Assembly: GCA_030141605.1 (NCBI GenBank)
Contig: JAQGDQ010000431.1
Location: 124,001 to 188,000 of the forward strand
Length of the DNA: 64,000 bases
Source: Tubiluchus corallicola
Lineage: Eukaryota; Animalia; Priapulida
Direction of reading: 5' to 3'
In this document: one piece after another, positions 1 through 12,930 of the stretch
Layout: every line of letters begins with the position of its first letter
Position numbering within the stretch: the stretch's first letter is position 1
Made by a program: the position numbers and the translations under genes
Notes under the pieces: generated by a model
Database searches by the model: none
What the model saw: the letters and a program-made list of their open reading frames with translations, nothing else
What the model was told of the DNA's origin: nothing

Positions 1-312
1 ATAGCCTAATTGTCTCAAAAACGTCTAGTGCGGGCCGCTCCTATGCAAAAGTATATAAACTGTCGGCAATTGACTCAAATAACTCTGCATAATTGAATCT
101 GAACAACTTACACATGCTGACATACAAGCTACACACATGTCGTTACATGCTGGTTGGCTACACTGATGTAATGATGTAAACAAAGTGGCGACCTGCCAAC
201 TAGTAGTTATCTCGCGAAAAAGCGGACTGTGTTCATAATATGCGGGACTTTTACCGGTTCAGATTTTTCCAATATCCACAACATCGAAGTCCAGCAAACC
301 GAGATAAGAGTG
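1..312. mobile_element. TIR MITE family E (CACTCATATCTCGGTTTG termini), partial copy
   Basis: Ends in caaaccgagataagagtg; internally similar to 6867-7162 and 38190-38726. Confidence 0.7.
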
Positions 313-1214
313 TAAATAGCAAATGAATGACTAGTCTAAACTCATACATTTTGTAGAAGGGATGTCATGAATCTGAAATTACAAAATCCGAAGCAAAACT
401 GAATCTCGTTTTATGATAATTTTTGAATCTGAATCTCAGTTTAAAATAACTTCGAATACGGATGAAATCCAAATCTCAATTTCAAATAATTTTCGAAACA
501 GATTCGAATCTCAATTTTTAGGTACTTTTTTAAACCGAATCTTATTCGAGCACCTTTACCTGCGCTCGGCGAAAAAAACTGTGTTCATCCAAGCCAGGAC
601 GCATGCAGCGTTGTGTTAAGCAATACAAGAAATCTTAGCATTTTTGTTGAAACTAGCAGCTCAAATCGTAATGTGGTGCATGTTTTCGTGCAGGATTTCA
701 TGAGTTGGACACTTAAACTGATATTTGTATATTTCAAGTAGGACAAAATTATCAAAAAAATGCGGGTATTGGGTAATTTTGCGAAAAATTTAAAGGCAAA
801 AGTTTGTATAATTGATTTTGTAATAAAGTGCTACCATCACACTTCTGCAGTTGAAGAAAAACTTTATTTTTTAAAAAAATCGCTGCTGAATCAGGTCAGA
901 TCTAAAATAACTAAGAACATCAGCAAATCAAGTTGAATCAAAGCTAAGAATCGGATTGGGTTTGGTTTAAACATGATTTATTGAACGTGTAACATCTAGG
1001 TTTGAAACAGACAGTTTTACAACTGATATATGTTCTCCCCTTAGTGGGAGCGAAAAATTGGATTTGAGGCTCAAGTTCTGCAGGAGTTTCCTAACATTCC
1101 TAACGTGACGACCTAATGACCACTAACAAATATTAATATTTTTGTCATTTCAGGTCTTATACTGAAATTTTGAAAATGTCTCCACAGCACACATTTCATC
1201 CGAATGTAACATAC

Positions 1215-4200
1215 CAAAGTCTTGGTCTAATTCAATGGCTTTGTTGCAGTCTTTCAAGCCGAGTCCAAACTCCGCTAACTTGGTGTAAGCTGCCGCACGG
1301 TTGCTGTACAATTTGGCATCTTCAGGATTCCGCCGGATTGCTTCCGTGTAAAATTTAACAGCAGCTGGATAGTCGCCTGTAATTAAAGTTATACTGGCAT
1401 CTATTAGCTCGACACGTTTTTAACGTAGATAGCAGCACACAAGGAATAAATCTCACTGTGAACGGTATATATCAAAGAATTTCATTGCCACAATAAAAAG
1501 ATTTTTAAGCAGGTAATAGTAGCTACTAGCGACATAATAAAATTAACGTACTACAGAGAGTTTTGTTACAAGCCAAATTGTATTACCGGGTTTCGACTTT
1601 GTCTAGTTATGAGAACAACATAAAAAAGAAAAAGAAATAACACAGCTAAAAACTTCAATTCCAAAGTTTACAAATCAAGTTAATTATTTTTGCTTTCTTG
1701 ATTTGACTAAAACGACCTATTGGACGAAAGTGTGGCTGATTTCGCTTCAATGGACAAGTGTCACTGTGTTTAAAAACATGATCATACTACTAAAACGGCC
1801 TATATTTTCAATCAGACACTGGCAAGTGTACTGTAGCACTTCTAAATTATAACAAACATTTCAACTAAACCATCAACTGGTCAGTCAATAGGACGTTTAC
1901 CTTTTTTAAAACACTCGTTGCCCTTTGACTTTTCCTCTAATGATTTTGCTGGGTCGATGTAAGCCTTCTCTTCTTGTTCTTTCAACATTTTCTCTGCCTA
2001 AAATACGAACGCAGACGTATAAACAATAGGCGCGCACCGAAATTCGGAAGACGGATTTCGGGTGCCAAAGTACAACAAATTTTCAATTTGGTTCATTTCA
2101 TTGCTAGAAAGTATTCGGTAAAGATCAGTTTCTTCGATTTTTTTCTGTAAGAAATCCGGTTTTGGTTGAGTTCAACAAAAGCGTAATGCCAAAACTTCGA
2201 TTTAGTCTTTCATTTTCAAGTTCTGTGCTGCACCTGGACGCCACGAAGATGTTCACTTGTCATTCATTTCTGCAATGCATGTACATGTGGTTTTACTATT
2301 AATTTTGCAGAAGGTGTAAATCTTGGAACGATTGTAAATAATTATTTTCACAGTTTTAGTTTTTAGTGAATTTAACGTAACCGTGGAAACTGCGGGTAAA
2401 CAACGTATTGCCAATGTGCGACAATATGGCTAGCGAGATGTTAAGTTTTGATTATTATTATTAAGCGTTAACACAGTTTTGAAATTCATTGAGATTAATC
2501 AGAGATTATAATTAGTAACTCCTTATCCATATCTTATAAAGCAACAACTCCATGTGCACGTAATGTGTAATGTGTTATGCGTATAGACTGTTTCCATGCG
2601 TCCGAAAATGCCACATGTATTAACAAAGCTCAAGGCGCATGTTCCGTCAGTTTTGATTGCAACTCATGAAAATTGTAAGCAATAATTTTTGGAAAAACCA
2701 TGTCAAAATTTAAGCATGACAATTTGCTTATTATAGCCAATTATTATTATTATTATAAGCGACATTTGCTTATTATAGTACTATTAGACGGAAAAGAAAA
2801 CACAAGTTTTGAGTGCATAACATTTTGCAGGGGAGAGAACAATATGGCATGTATCATCATTTAGTGAAACAAATACAGTTAGATGCACAACACATACCTA
2901 CATGGTTCTTCCACCTCTCAAAAACTCAAATGGAAAAAATATTATTGTCTATAGGTCCTAAAAGTGACCAAAACTCACCTACCTAGAATTTTCAGAAAGC
3001 TACCAGAAGCTTGAAAACTCGCTATAATCACCTAGGCAACGGTGGTTTCACATCTGCGTTTTGCTGCGTGATGCGTATTCAGATGATTGTGATTACATTT
3101 GAATGAATACGGATCACACATCATGCATTATGCACACATGGAAACACTTCTACATGTCTAAATACAAACTGTTGTATACGTATTACGGATCATGCATCAC
3201 GCATTACGTACACATGGAGTCATACATTAAGACTTCAGTATATTTTCTTACGCATCTTGTTCAAAAGCGTTAATTTTACACACCTGATGTAATTTATTTA
3301 GAATGTCTGGAGTTCTGTGTTCTGTTAATGATTTGTTAAATGATGCTACAGCCTGTCGTAGATCATTCATCTTCATGTGCGCACTGCCCATCCTTCCAAG
3401 TGCTCTGTCCAACAAAAATAAACTTAAGCTAAAATTCAAAGAAATATAATACATATCCAAGTCATTTTATATGTGTGTGTGTGTGTGCGTGTGCGCGCGT
3501 GCTGTGTGTGTGTGCTCTGCCTATATAAACTGGTTGTACGTTTTTAAAAATTCACCACTGATGACGACAGCAGTAGCTCTATCGGAACATTTGACACGAT
3601 TTTTAACTACGTAAATTAAAAGTTTTAACAAATTTATAGTGTTTTAACTATAATACCCATCATTATAATAATTCCTTCAACAATTTTGCGCTCAACTTTA
3701 AAGCACAAGACAACTCTCTTAATGAACAAAGTTTTTAAAACATCTTGAAATTTTGTACCACTTACATGCTGCCTTATTGCACAGAGTGCTTGCGCTAGCA
3801 GGAACGCTGTATAAAACTAGTAAATTTACACTCGCGTGACGACCGTTAGGCAAAGCCATTTTGACGGCAAGTTGTTTGAAACAAGGTTAGATAACAATAT
3901 ATAATACAATTTATAATAGTCTTTTTTCTTTCGTTCTTTTTTAATATTTATACGGGACCAGAGCACGTGAAGATAGTACTGTTTGCTTCACAGCCCAGCA
4001 CAGTGCACTCCAGCAACGCATTGCTTGGCTGTTGTGCACATGCAGCCATGCGCACATGTCGGAGCCCAGGTAGAGGAAGTACTGTCACAGTTTGTCGTCA
4101 GCTGTCACATGCTTAACATAAATGGATCAAAAGCTAGAACTGCGAAAATTTTGGCTATTACTAAGCAAAAAACAATGTTTTTGTTTTAAGATTTCATCAA

Positions 4201-7200
4201 GTTTATGTATAAACTTTCGTACGTTTGTTTGTTTAAAATTACAATTACAAATTATAACGTGAAACTTACAATGTCTGTAAGATATGAAAATTACACATGT
4301 CTGTTTCATTATACACAGTAATATCAAAACAGTGGCTAACAATTTTCTGAAGCAGCACCCCAGTAATTTTTGCTACGAGTTGTTGCTGTACTGTGTTAAG
4401 ATTGAAGCAAGCATGCCTCCAGCAGTGCTGACACCTCACTGCTCACAGTAGATCCAAATAATTATCAAATAGCACCATGCGAGACTCTGGACATTAAGAA
4501 TTAGAAGAATTTTTGTTTAACTCGGGAAGCAATATAGCAACTCATTGAGTTAACTTGCAAACTTACTTGGCAATGTTTTTAAAATCGGCTCGGTGTTCTC
4601 GTCCGACTTCGATAGCCTTTGTACACTCTGCAACGCACTCGTCAAATTTCTCTTGTTCAAAATACACGGCTAAAAACATAAAGCGATTGTAAATTATACC
4701 ACCAGCGAGTTAATGTACGTTGCTTGCTGTGAGTTCAATGGAATAACGAACTTAGGAAACTGAGGAAATAACTGACAACAAAACTGGCCGTTATAAAATA
4801 TGTGCTAGTTTTAAGGTAACAATTGCAATCGCTGAAACTAAACCCTCTTCCGACTTTCTTCTGCCTTGTATCTTAGGGTTGCGAGATTAGAAAATTAGAA
4901 ATACGGGACACTCTTAAAATATCTTTCTGTATTACTACATTCATAAATTTATACACACCTACACACACAGAGTACCATATTACAATAATATAAAAGGAGA
5001 GACATAAGCTAAAAACATAAAGCAAGGATTTTAATGGGTTATGAGAAAAACAAAAGTAAAATCATTTGAACATTATTTAATACAAGCTAAAACAATTGTG
5101 TAAAGACGAAATCATTTGAAAATATTTATTTAATACAAACAACAGCGAAATATCATTATTATTATTTAATACAAGCAATATAGGTAATAAAAGAAATTCT
5201 GAAAAAGTGAAATCACTACAAAATTCTTATTCAATAGAAACAATATAAAAAGTGTATTATTTAATACAAACAATACAGAAAATAAATTAAAAATTTTGAA
5301 CGGTCCCGGAATGGTCACTACGGGACACGGGACAAAATTATAAAATATTTGACATGTCCCGTATAAAAAGCAGGTCTGGCAACCCTATTGTATCGTGATG
5401 TTGCTTATCCAAACATGACAATACAATTTTACAGGCGTTGCCACTTCTTAACAAATACGACAATTAGTCACACTTAAATTACAAAAATAAATGGAAATTT
5501 TAAGGCTACACTGCTGAGGATTATTTAGCACATGAACTATACTGGTCACTTCTTGGTGGGAACCATAAACATGTTTTTAATGACAGTAAAATGAAATACG
5601 TTGTAACATAAACCTTTAACGATTTAAACTGCTCATGCTGTAAGATTGTTTCGTGAGGATCATTTTGATACCAAGCTCATTGCTGCATAGTATTTCTAAC
5701 CTGAGATAATCCATGCTGAAGTTGAAGTGCAGGCTACGCACTCAAAAACTTAATCTTGTGAAAATCGTTGTTAAAGGGCAAGAAAAGGGGTACCTGAAGT
5801 AGGTTTCAGAAAAATCACCTTAAAAAATTATATTACTTTATAGCTATTTCATACGTTTATCGCATTCACATTGAAAGGAATTTTTGTTTGTTTTCATTTT
5901 AAATCTCCCGCAATCCTGTTCCGAAGTCGCCATTACATGACGTCACTACGCAAACATAAATAAGTGAAAGAAAAGTAAAGGTTTAAAGTCTTATTTAAAC
6001 TATTTTAGCCAAATTTTTTTCTGTGTTTCTTAACACCTAGGAGAAAAAAGGTAAACTGGATAAATACTACTAAAACCTGGGGAAAACGCTATGGAAAACT
6101 ACCGAAAGTTTTGGCTACGAAACTTAATCATTTTGAACGAAAACGAAACTCAACCGAAAGTGCAATTATCGGCAAACCGAAACGAAATTTTCATTTTGGC
6201 AACATCCTGTTTGGAGTTCTACTGGTAAATGGCAGAGTAAAAGCTTACCTGCTCGGTTGCTGTGAAAGCTCATTTCTGATGAGTCCAATTCAATCGCTTT
6301 TGCATAGTGACTTAAAGCAGTCTCAAAATCTCTCTTCTTATACGCCGCATTTCCTTTCTCCTTTTCTTCCACTGCCTAAAAATCAATAACTTAAACAATG
6401 TTATACAAAAAATTATTTTGTATAGCATATAAATATGACCAGAAAAGTTGGCCTAGTTCAAGTAAATTGCAATATTGCATTGTTTTACAGTCCCCAACTT
6501 AACTGAAATTTAAAAAATTATATTAATAAAGATACTAATAGTTAATTTTTTACATTATATTCACCATTAATATAAATCTATTAACTTAAAAACTTAAAAA
6601 CAATCGGAAACTTGTAGTGTAGTCTCACTTTTGCAGCAAACTAATAATTTAAACTAAACATAAATTAGTTTTTTTCCACAAAATTTGCTGCATCATTCAA
6701 AACTATTTCTTATATATTCCGATAAAGCTTTGGCTGGCTAAAGTTTACAATTCCCCACACACAAGAAATTGGTTCATGAAGCGGATTAGGGTTAGATTAG
6801 AGTTAGGATTTGGTTAAGGTAAGGGTTGGGTTAGGGTTGGACTAGAGTTAGGGTTGGTTTAGTGTACACTCATATCTTGGTTTGACAGACAAAAGCGGAG
6901 ATACGTCAGTCCAAATTTGCCGATTGTCTGATGTAGAATCAATTGCCTAATTGTATGAAAAACGTCTAGTATGGGCACTCGTATGCAAAAGTGTATAAAA
7001 ACAGTTGGCAACTGACACAAATAAACCACTTAAACATGCTGATGCAAACAAAGTGACGGCCTGAAGAATAGTGGTCAGCTCGTGAAACATTTAACGGTCC
7101 AGATTTTGTCCGATTTTTACGATATCCGTAAAACCGAGGTCCGGCAAACCAAGAATTGAGTGCATTTAAATTGTGAGGGGAATTGTAAACTCCTTCCATA

Positions 7201-8509
7201 AAAATCAAGAAGTTAATTAACGAAAAACAGGATGATTTTTCATTTCCGGCGACATTTTGAAATACAGTAAAGGGTATACACTTTAGCACCTGTAATAATG
7301 CCAAAGTGCTTCTGATAACTAAACAACATTCTTAAATCAATGGCCAGCAAGCACCGCAGACATCAGGCTGAGCATTATTTTTTAATGTGTACTTTGCATA
7401 GCATTCACAAGTCGGCAATTCATGTATGCTGAATCTCCGTTTCATGAGGTTCATTTTGATACCAACTTCACCACTCAGTGTTATTTCTAAGCTGAGATAA
7501 TCCATATTGAAGTTGAAGTGCAGGCTATACATAGAAAAACATAACCTTGAGAAAATCGCTGTTAAGTCAGCCACTGTTTTTTGTCGCATCTCTACAAAAC
7601 ACTTAGCAAAGTTTAGTTCTGTACGAAAGTGTGGATTTCACAAGAGCACATTGAAGGAGTGTTTAAATCCAGTAGATGGCTCTTCCTGACGAAGATTTGG
7701 GCTTGGCAACAGAAAACCCGAAGCAAAATTATTGCTTCCACAAGCTACTATTGGAGTTTGAAGGTACAATTTTTTTACAATTGCAATACTAGTTTCTAAG
7801 CCTGCGAGAACTGGGTATGGGGTTATAAAATTAAATTTTTAGTGCTTTGCAAACATTTTCTTGATAATTTGATACTAGAATATAAAAGTCCAACATATGT
7901 TGCATTTGTTTTTATAAAAAAAACAGAAATTGACATTTGAGTACATTTTTGGAGCAGTCTACCTTTTTTAAGCATCATAACGCAGTTTTAACTATGGCAA
8001 CTTATGGACGGTTTTGGTTTGCAAGCACACTAACAGAGCTCACAAACACATTGCAAGTGTTTGTAAAAGTAAAAACTGAAATTCAGTGGCATTGTACAAT
8101 ATTGTTTAACAAGCTACCGTCATCATTATGCGATTTCACCAAAAGTGTGTGGCACATCATAAGTGAACTAAGAAACACAGCACCTGTTTTCCTTGGGAAG
8201 TGCAAAGCTTTCCTAGGTGGAATTACGCGAATAACGAAATCGAAGTAACAAGGCGCGCGCAAACCTAAAATAAAAATAAAATTCCGTGGTGCCCAGTACA
8301 ATTCTTTCACACAAGTTACTCTTAAAACACAATTATGTTAGCCTTCAGTATTTTATACGTTAGATTTCTTTAAGCTATCGTTTATAATCGATTACAGTTT
8401 TCTTCCCTTCAAGTTGAAACCAAGGCAAGAAAGCGGTAGTTGGTACTGTATACTCCTACAACAGCTTACTAATGCAGACCCAAAAACTTACCTGTGTTTT
8501 ATTACTCAT
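1215..8509 (-). CDS. STIP1: Stress-induced phosphoprotein 1 / Hop / STI1 co-chaperone, 5' part (TPR2A and most of TPR2B); 3' exons lie beyond the window start
   Basis: Phase-compatible GT-AG exons (minus): 8509-8492, 6375-6249, 4669-4567, 3404-3284, 1997-1901, 1376-1215. Spliced translation: MSNKTQ|[42 protein letters not shown]|[35 protein letters not shown]|[40 protein letters not shown]|[32 protein letters not shown]|[54 protein letters not shown]. This is colinear with Hop TPR2A-TPR2B, and the TPR2A carboxylate-clamp K/N/N/K/R residues are present. The 18-nt first exon is less certain than the others. Confidence 0.95.
3514..3653 (+). mobile_element. Penelope-like terminal-repeat fragment with a degenerate hammerhead motif
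   Basis: Same sequence family as 41007-42552; contains ccaCTGATGAcGACAG...CTATCGGAACATTTGA. Confidence 0.55.
4874..5387. mobile_element. Non-autonomous hAT (Blackjack-like) MITE
   Basis: TIRs TAGGGTTGC(G)AGA / TCTGGCAACCCTA; 8-bp TSD ttgtatct/ttgtatcg; subterminal CGGGAC/GTCCCG motifs. Confidence 0.85.
6742..7191. mobile_element. Small TIR element with internal GGGTTA-like repeats, carrying a nested family-E MITE (6867-7162)
   Basis: Termini agtttacaattcccc / ggggaattgtaaact; degenerate ttaggg repeats at 6786-6860; related copies at ~14655-14702 and 47415-47578. Confidence 0.65.
7390..8030 (-). mobile_element. TIR MITE family B (GTGTGCTTGCA termini)
   Basis: Ends in tgcaagcacac; homologous to ~21723-22330, 29915-30249, 36080-36666, 43419-44070 and 51522-52098. 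Confidence 0.75.
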
Positions 8510-8615
8510 TTTCAAGCTCCGGTAATTTTTCAGTAATAACAACTATTCGCGAGAAAGTTTTAAGGTATTTAATGAAGATATTGTATTACAGGAACATAAA
8601 TTTCATACACCGGAG

Positions 8616-8626
8616 TGACTCACGTG
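8616..8626. promoter_or_regulatory. Overlapping AP-1 site (TGACTCA) and E-box (CACGTG) next to the HSE
   Basis: tgactcacgtg at 8616-8626; short motifs, supported only by their position. Confidence 0.4.
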
Positions 8627-8635
8627 TATTCAGCG

Positions 8636-8650
8636 CGAAGCTTCTAGAAA
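8636..8650. promoter_or_regulatory. Perfect 3-unit heat shock element (nGAAnnTTCnnGAAn) in the STIP1 promoter
   Basis: cGAAg cTTCt aGAAa at 8636-8650, about 130 bp upstream of the proposed STIP1 ATG (8509); Hop is a known HSF1 target. Confidence 0.8.
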
Positions 8651-8762
8651 GCAAAAACATGCAACACTGTTACTCTAATTTGCTATTCGGCTCGTTTTGT
8701 TTCCTACACTATCTTGCGAGCTCTCTTCAGAAGCGCTTGACCAAGATTCAGATAATTGTTAA

Positions 8763-9422
8763 AGCAAAACCGGACCTAATCTTAAAACTGTAGGTCAGAA
8801 TAATCTGCTGTTTAAAATATTGAAAGGGAACACCATATTTTTTCAAAAGTGACTTATGTGAAAGAATTATTGCCACACAAACACATTTCGCGTTTGCGTT
8901 CTTCACATTTACATGCATTTCGTCATTCGGTAGTTAGAAGGACACTATTGTGAGTTAGAAGGAAGGTAGTTAGAAGGAAACTATGACGAACTAGCGCCTG
9001 CACTTTGGAAACACATTACACAAAAACAGGTACTGTACCTCTTGGTCCAGATGTGTTGGCTTCTGACGAACTATGCACGTTCCACATCTCATGCGTAAGC
9101 ATAGCAGTGAATTTGAAATTTGAATTTTTATCCTAAAACATGCCTAGTTTTGGTACAACACACTGAATATCTTACAGTAGCACTGTAATTCAATTTTCGC
9201 TTTCGCAAATACGTGCAACACATTCGTAGAATATTTTTGTTGTTGAAACTGATGTTAGTTTGCGATGTCATCAATAGATGGGCTCAGCCGCCATTAATTA
9301 TTGAGTTTTTAATCTATTATTTCAGTATCAGAAACTCTTTTGCAATGTTAATCGTGCTAAAATGTATACTTTTTATCTGGCTTGAAAATTGGGTCGTATG
9401 TGAAAAATCACCCTGTCTTCCT
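8763..9422 (+). mobile_element. TTAA-flanked MITE with AG...CT termini (Kolobok-like)
   Basis: TTAA|AGCAAAACCGG ... GTCTTCCT|TTAA; homologous copies at ~22337-23332, 33840-34106, 62275-62782, 62860-63150 and 63470-63565. Confidence 0.75.
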
Positions 9423-10449
9423 TTAAAACAGGAAATTTTTAATTAAACACCAAAATTGTTTAATAATGTGAATAAATTATTATGGGAAAAATTGAAATAG
9501 TGTTATTTAGTGAGATGCGAAAGGCCAATTAAAGGCTTACTGAAAAAGCATTTGGTTCACTCAAACCACTCATCTTCCTGGTCTGCAGGAACCAAAGGTT
9601 CATATGTGCGCCCTTTTCAAATTATCGTTCTAGCTAAATTACTACTCCTCCTCATCCAGTTACGTTTTGAATTTTCTACTACTATCTTTCACTTTCGCTT
9701 TTGGCTTTGTTGCTACCAATTTCTCTTACCACAAATGGTTTTCATGCCATTATCCGACGCCTACCAAAGTTCTATTTTACTGTTTCATTGTTTATTCAAT
9801 CCAAGAGCCAATAATACAGTGGTGATATATTATATATAAAACTACATCTTATGCATTCTGTGTATATAATATTTATATATTGCACAAAAATTCATATAAA
9901 TAACATGGAAATAATTTTAAATAAGATATAGTTTGACGACTATAACTTTGATCAGCAAATGATTGTCGGCTCAGATCAAAAGTCAAACTTGTAAGATCTG
10001 AACCGAGCTGGCAATTTGGAATAACTGGCGTGCAAGAGGTGCAAGATAAAAGGAAAGAAAGCTTGAGAGGACGGGAAATGAGTGAGAAGGTTTAGTGAGA
10101 AGATGATGAAAAAAATAGATAATGACAAAATGTATATGGATTAGATTTACACTAAAATTTTAATAGATATTTAGATATTTATTAGTGTCAAACGTACATA
10201 CAATACAAGAAAAAATACAAGACACAAATACAATTTCGATTTTGAAATATACAAGAAAAAACAAAACATACATACAATTTCAATTTTGAAATATAATGAC
10301 ACTATATACAAACAAAACAATTACTAATAAAACAAATGTTATTAAATCTTCCTGTTAGTTATATCAGTTATTTAAAAGAAATGTTTAATGGATAGTATTT
10401 AAAATAAATTGTCATTCGTTAGGCCTCATTTTCAATGATAAGATCATTA

Positions 10450-11680
10450 TATAGTATATTGTTCATCATGTCTTAAAAACATAATGTACATATTATTCAT
10501 TATCCATTGCACATTATAATGAAACTTTTTCAACATAATCGATAGATGCCTTAATTGCTCCTAAACCATTACTTCCCATCAGGGATAAAAAATTTGTCAG
10601 CATCGCTCGGAAGGAAAAATTCTGGTATAATTACCTTGATGCGATTATATAATTTTCCTCTAAAGTCATTTTAATGTGGGCATTTTATAACAAAGTGTAA
10701 TTCGTCAACGATTTCATCTCTTGAAGAGTATGAGCATAATTATACGATTCTCAGCTGGGATCTTTCTTGGTTTAACGTATCTCCTCCCTCAGTAAACAAA
10801 GAATGAGAGCTGATTTTCAGTTTTGTAAATTTTATTATAGCATATTTGGAATAACAAGAAAATAAATACTTTTCTAGTTGATATTGTTTTTTTGAAGGTT
10901 CGATACGTTCACAGTCTGTTTTGTCATTATGTTTTGAATAACGTTCGCGGGTTTGTTATCATTATGGGTTTCTTCTTTCCAAAACAGAGTATAACCAGTT
11001 TTTATTTTTTCTTCTAAGTAGTCGCTTAGGTGAAAACGTTGTTTGGCTATTTCAAACATGTTCAAAGCCATATACATAGTATATACTTAACAAAAGTAGT
11101 CCAACAAAAGCAGTTCTCAGCTAAGTTTCGGTTTTTGTTATAAGCTTGGAATACATAACTATCATAAGGATGGCTAATAAAATGTATCCAGTAGCGGATT
11201 GTATCCTTAATTATTTTAACATAAATGGAGAAAACGGCCCAGTTCTGCCCTAGGCGCATATTTGCTTAAATTGTTATTGACATTCAAAAGAAATCTGCAT
11301 AATTTAATATTGGCCTCTTTGCTTGGCATACTACCAAATTTAGTCTGAATATGCGGGGAATTGGTTTTAATTTCAATAATGCTAGGTCCCCATGCACAAG
11401 AGCCATATAGCATGATAGGTTCTACAGTATGTTGAAAAAATTTGATAATAGTAAGTAGGTTTGCACAGTTTGAGATGTACTTTTCATGCAGTAAAAAGCT
11501 TTTAGGCCTTTGTCTTTTAGTTCGGTACAGCGCTGCCTGACAGCACCAGATGCAAAGAAGTCGACCCCTAAGTATTTCTAGGATTGAACTATTTTCAGCT
11601 TATCAAACACATAGGTGAATTTTAAGTCTTTTAGAATTCTGCCTGCTTTGTTAAAAACAATCATTTCTGTCCTTTTAGTG
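10450..11680 (-). mobile_element. Degenerate 3' end of a non-LTR retrotransposon ORF2 (RTE-X-like)
   Basis: Interrupted minus-strand translation shows KYLG, VEPIMLYGSCAWG, LCRFLLNV...AELGR, KLKISSHSL and a decayed C-terminal Zn-finger (DELHFVIKCP), with stops and frameshifts. Confidence 0.8.
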
Positions 11681-12617
11681 CCTTTTTAATATTATTAACA
11701 AAGTGTAAAAATTCTCAGAAACGGATGTACGGCAACTATTTTAAATATAGTTTAAGTTAATTTTCTGTGAAATGTTACCTGCAACCAGCCTACACGAAAA
11801 ATTACGACTGCTTGTTAATTTAATTTAGCTGGCAAAGAATACATTCATAAACACTATACAATTATAATATTATTATACCTATCTCTGTAATTAATTTCCG
11901 CGGTATCTGGGTTTATATATTTATTTATTGATACAATATAAGTTTCAGGGCTACTGCTTCACTCTCGGCGATCTATGCATGTACATTAAACAAAATTTCT
12001 CGATTTGGTGTCCCAGTTCTGACTGACAGTTTATTTTTTAAACCAGGAGGAATTGGGGGGGGGGGGCGAAAAACCTACCTACAGGCAAACCGGATGTGAA
12101 TTTTCACTCTAGCATGTAGTATACAATTAGTCAGAGTTATTTTGCTACAAGTGATGTACTTGTATCACTCACTATATTTTGAATACACGCAACAATGGAA
12201 GTTGACTTGTAAGTCTCTATACCAATTGTCACCAAGGGGCATGCAGAACACACACAGACGCCAGCAATCACACATGCACTCACCCTCACACACAGTAGTA
12301 ACGTATGTCGTATATAGAAATATATCACATGCATTGTGTAAAATATAGAAATGCAAAAAATAAAATAGAATTAGCAATGCTGTTTTGCCACACGGATAAA
12401 TCACCGGCTGCAATCTTGCCTTGTGATTAGTTTAAATGAGCCATGCCCATTTTAAATGGATGTGGCTGTACCAGCACATGCACGCACTCATGTTCCTTGA
12501 GTTATGCAAATTGTTTTAGTTCTATCGCAATAGTTGAAACAAAAGTACATGCTTAGTCAACTGGGTTGAAAACAGATTATATCTGTGGTTGAAAATGATT
12601 TTGTTGTTTTTTCTCTT

Positions 12618-12643
12618 ATAATAATAATAACAACAACAACAAC

Positions 12644-12700
<57 letters not shown>

Positions 12701-12930
12701 CTTTATTTGAAATTGGCTTTGAATTCAACAGACAACACAAACCTGTAACTTGACTTATTTTCGACTGTAAGCAACAAATTAGAACCACATAACAGAAACT
12801 ATTATTGCACCACTTTTACCCTAAATACCACGAGGCAGGCAGGGCACCAGCAGGTAAGATTTTTAAGTCTTTAATATTATCCAGCCGCAGTATCGAACTC
12901 ACGACCTCCCAGATTGAAAGCTGACAGTGC
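12618..12930 (-). mobile_element. tRNA-derived SINE (Meta-domain-like) with a downstream (TAT)n tract
   Basis: Minus strand has the B-box AGGTCGTGAGTTCGATAC followed by AAAGACTTAAAAA...CCCTGCCTGCC; (TAA)n/(CAA)n microsatellite at 12618-12699. Confidence 0.55.

Noticed and set aside
6276-6290. CTGATGAGTCC hammerhead-like 5' core
   Set aside because: No matching GGAC-GAAA follows, and it is the antisense of a STIP1 coding exon.
9510-9839. Possible STIP1 TPR1/DP1 exon or independent 109-aa ORF
   Set aside because: Minus-strand reading shows stops and no TPR pattern; the plus ORF has no recognisable features.
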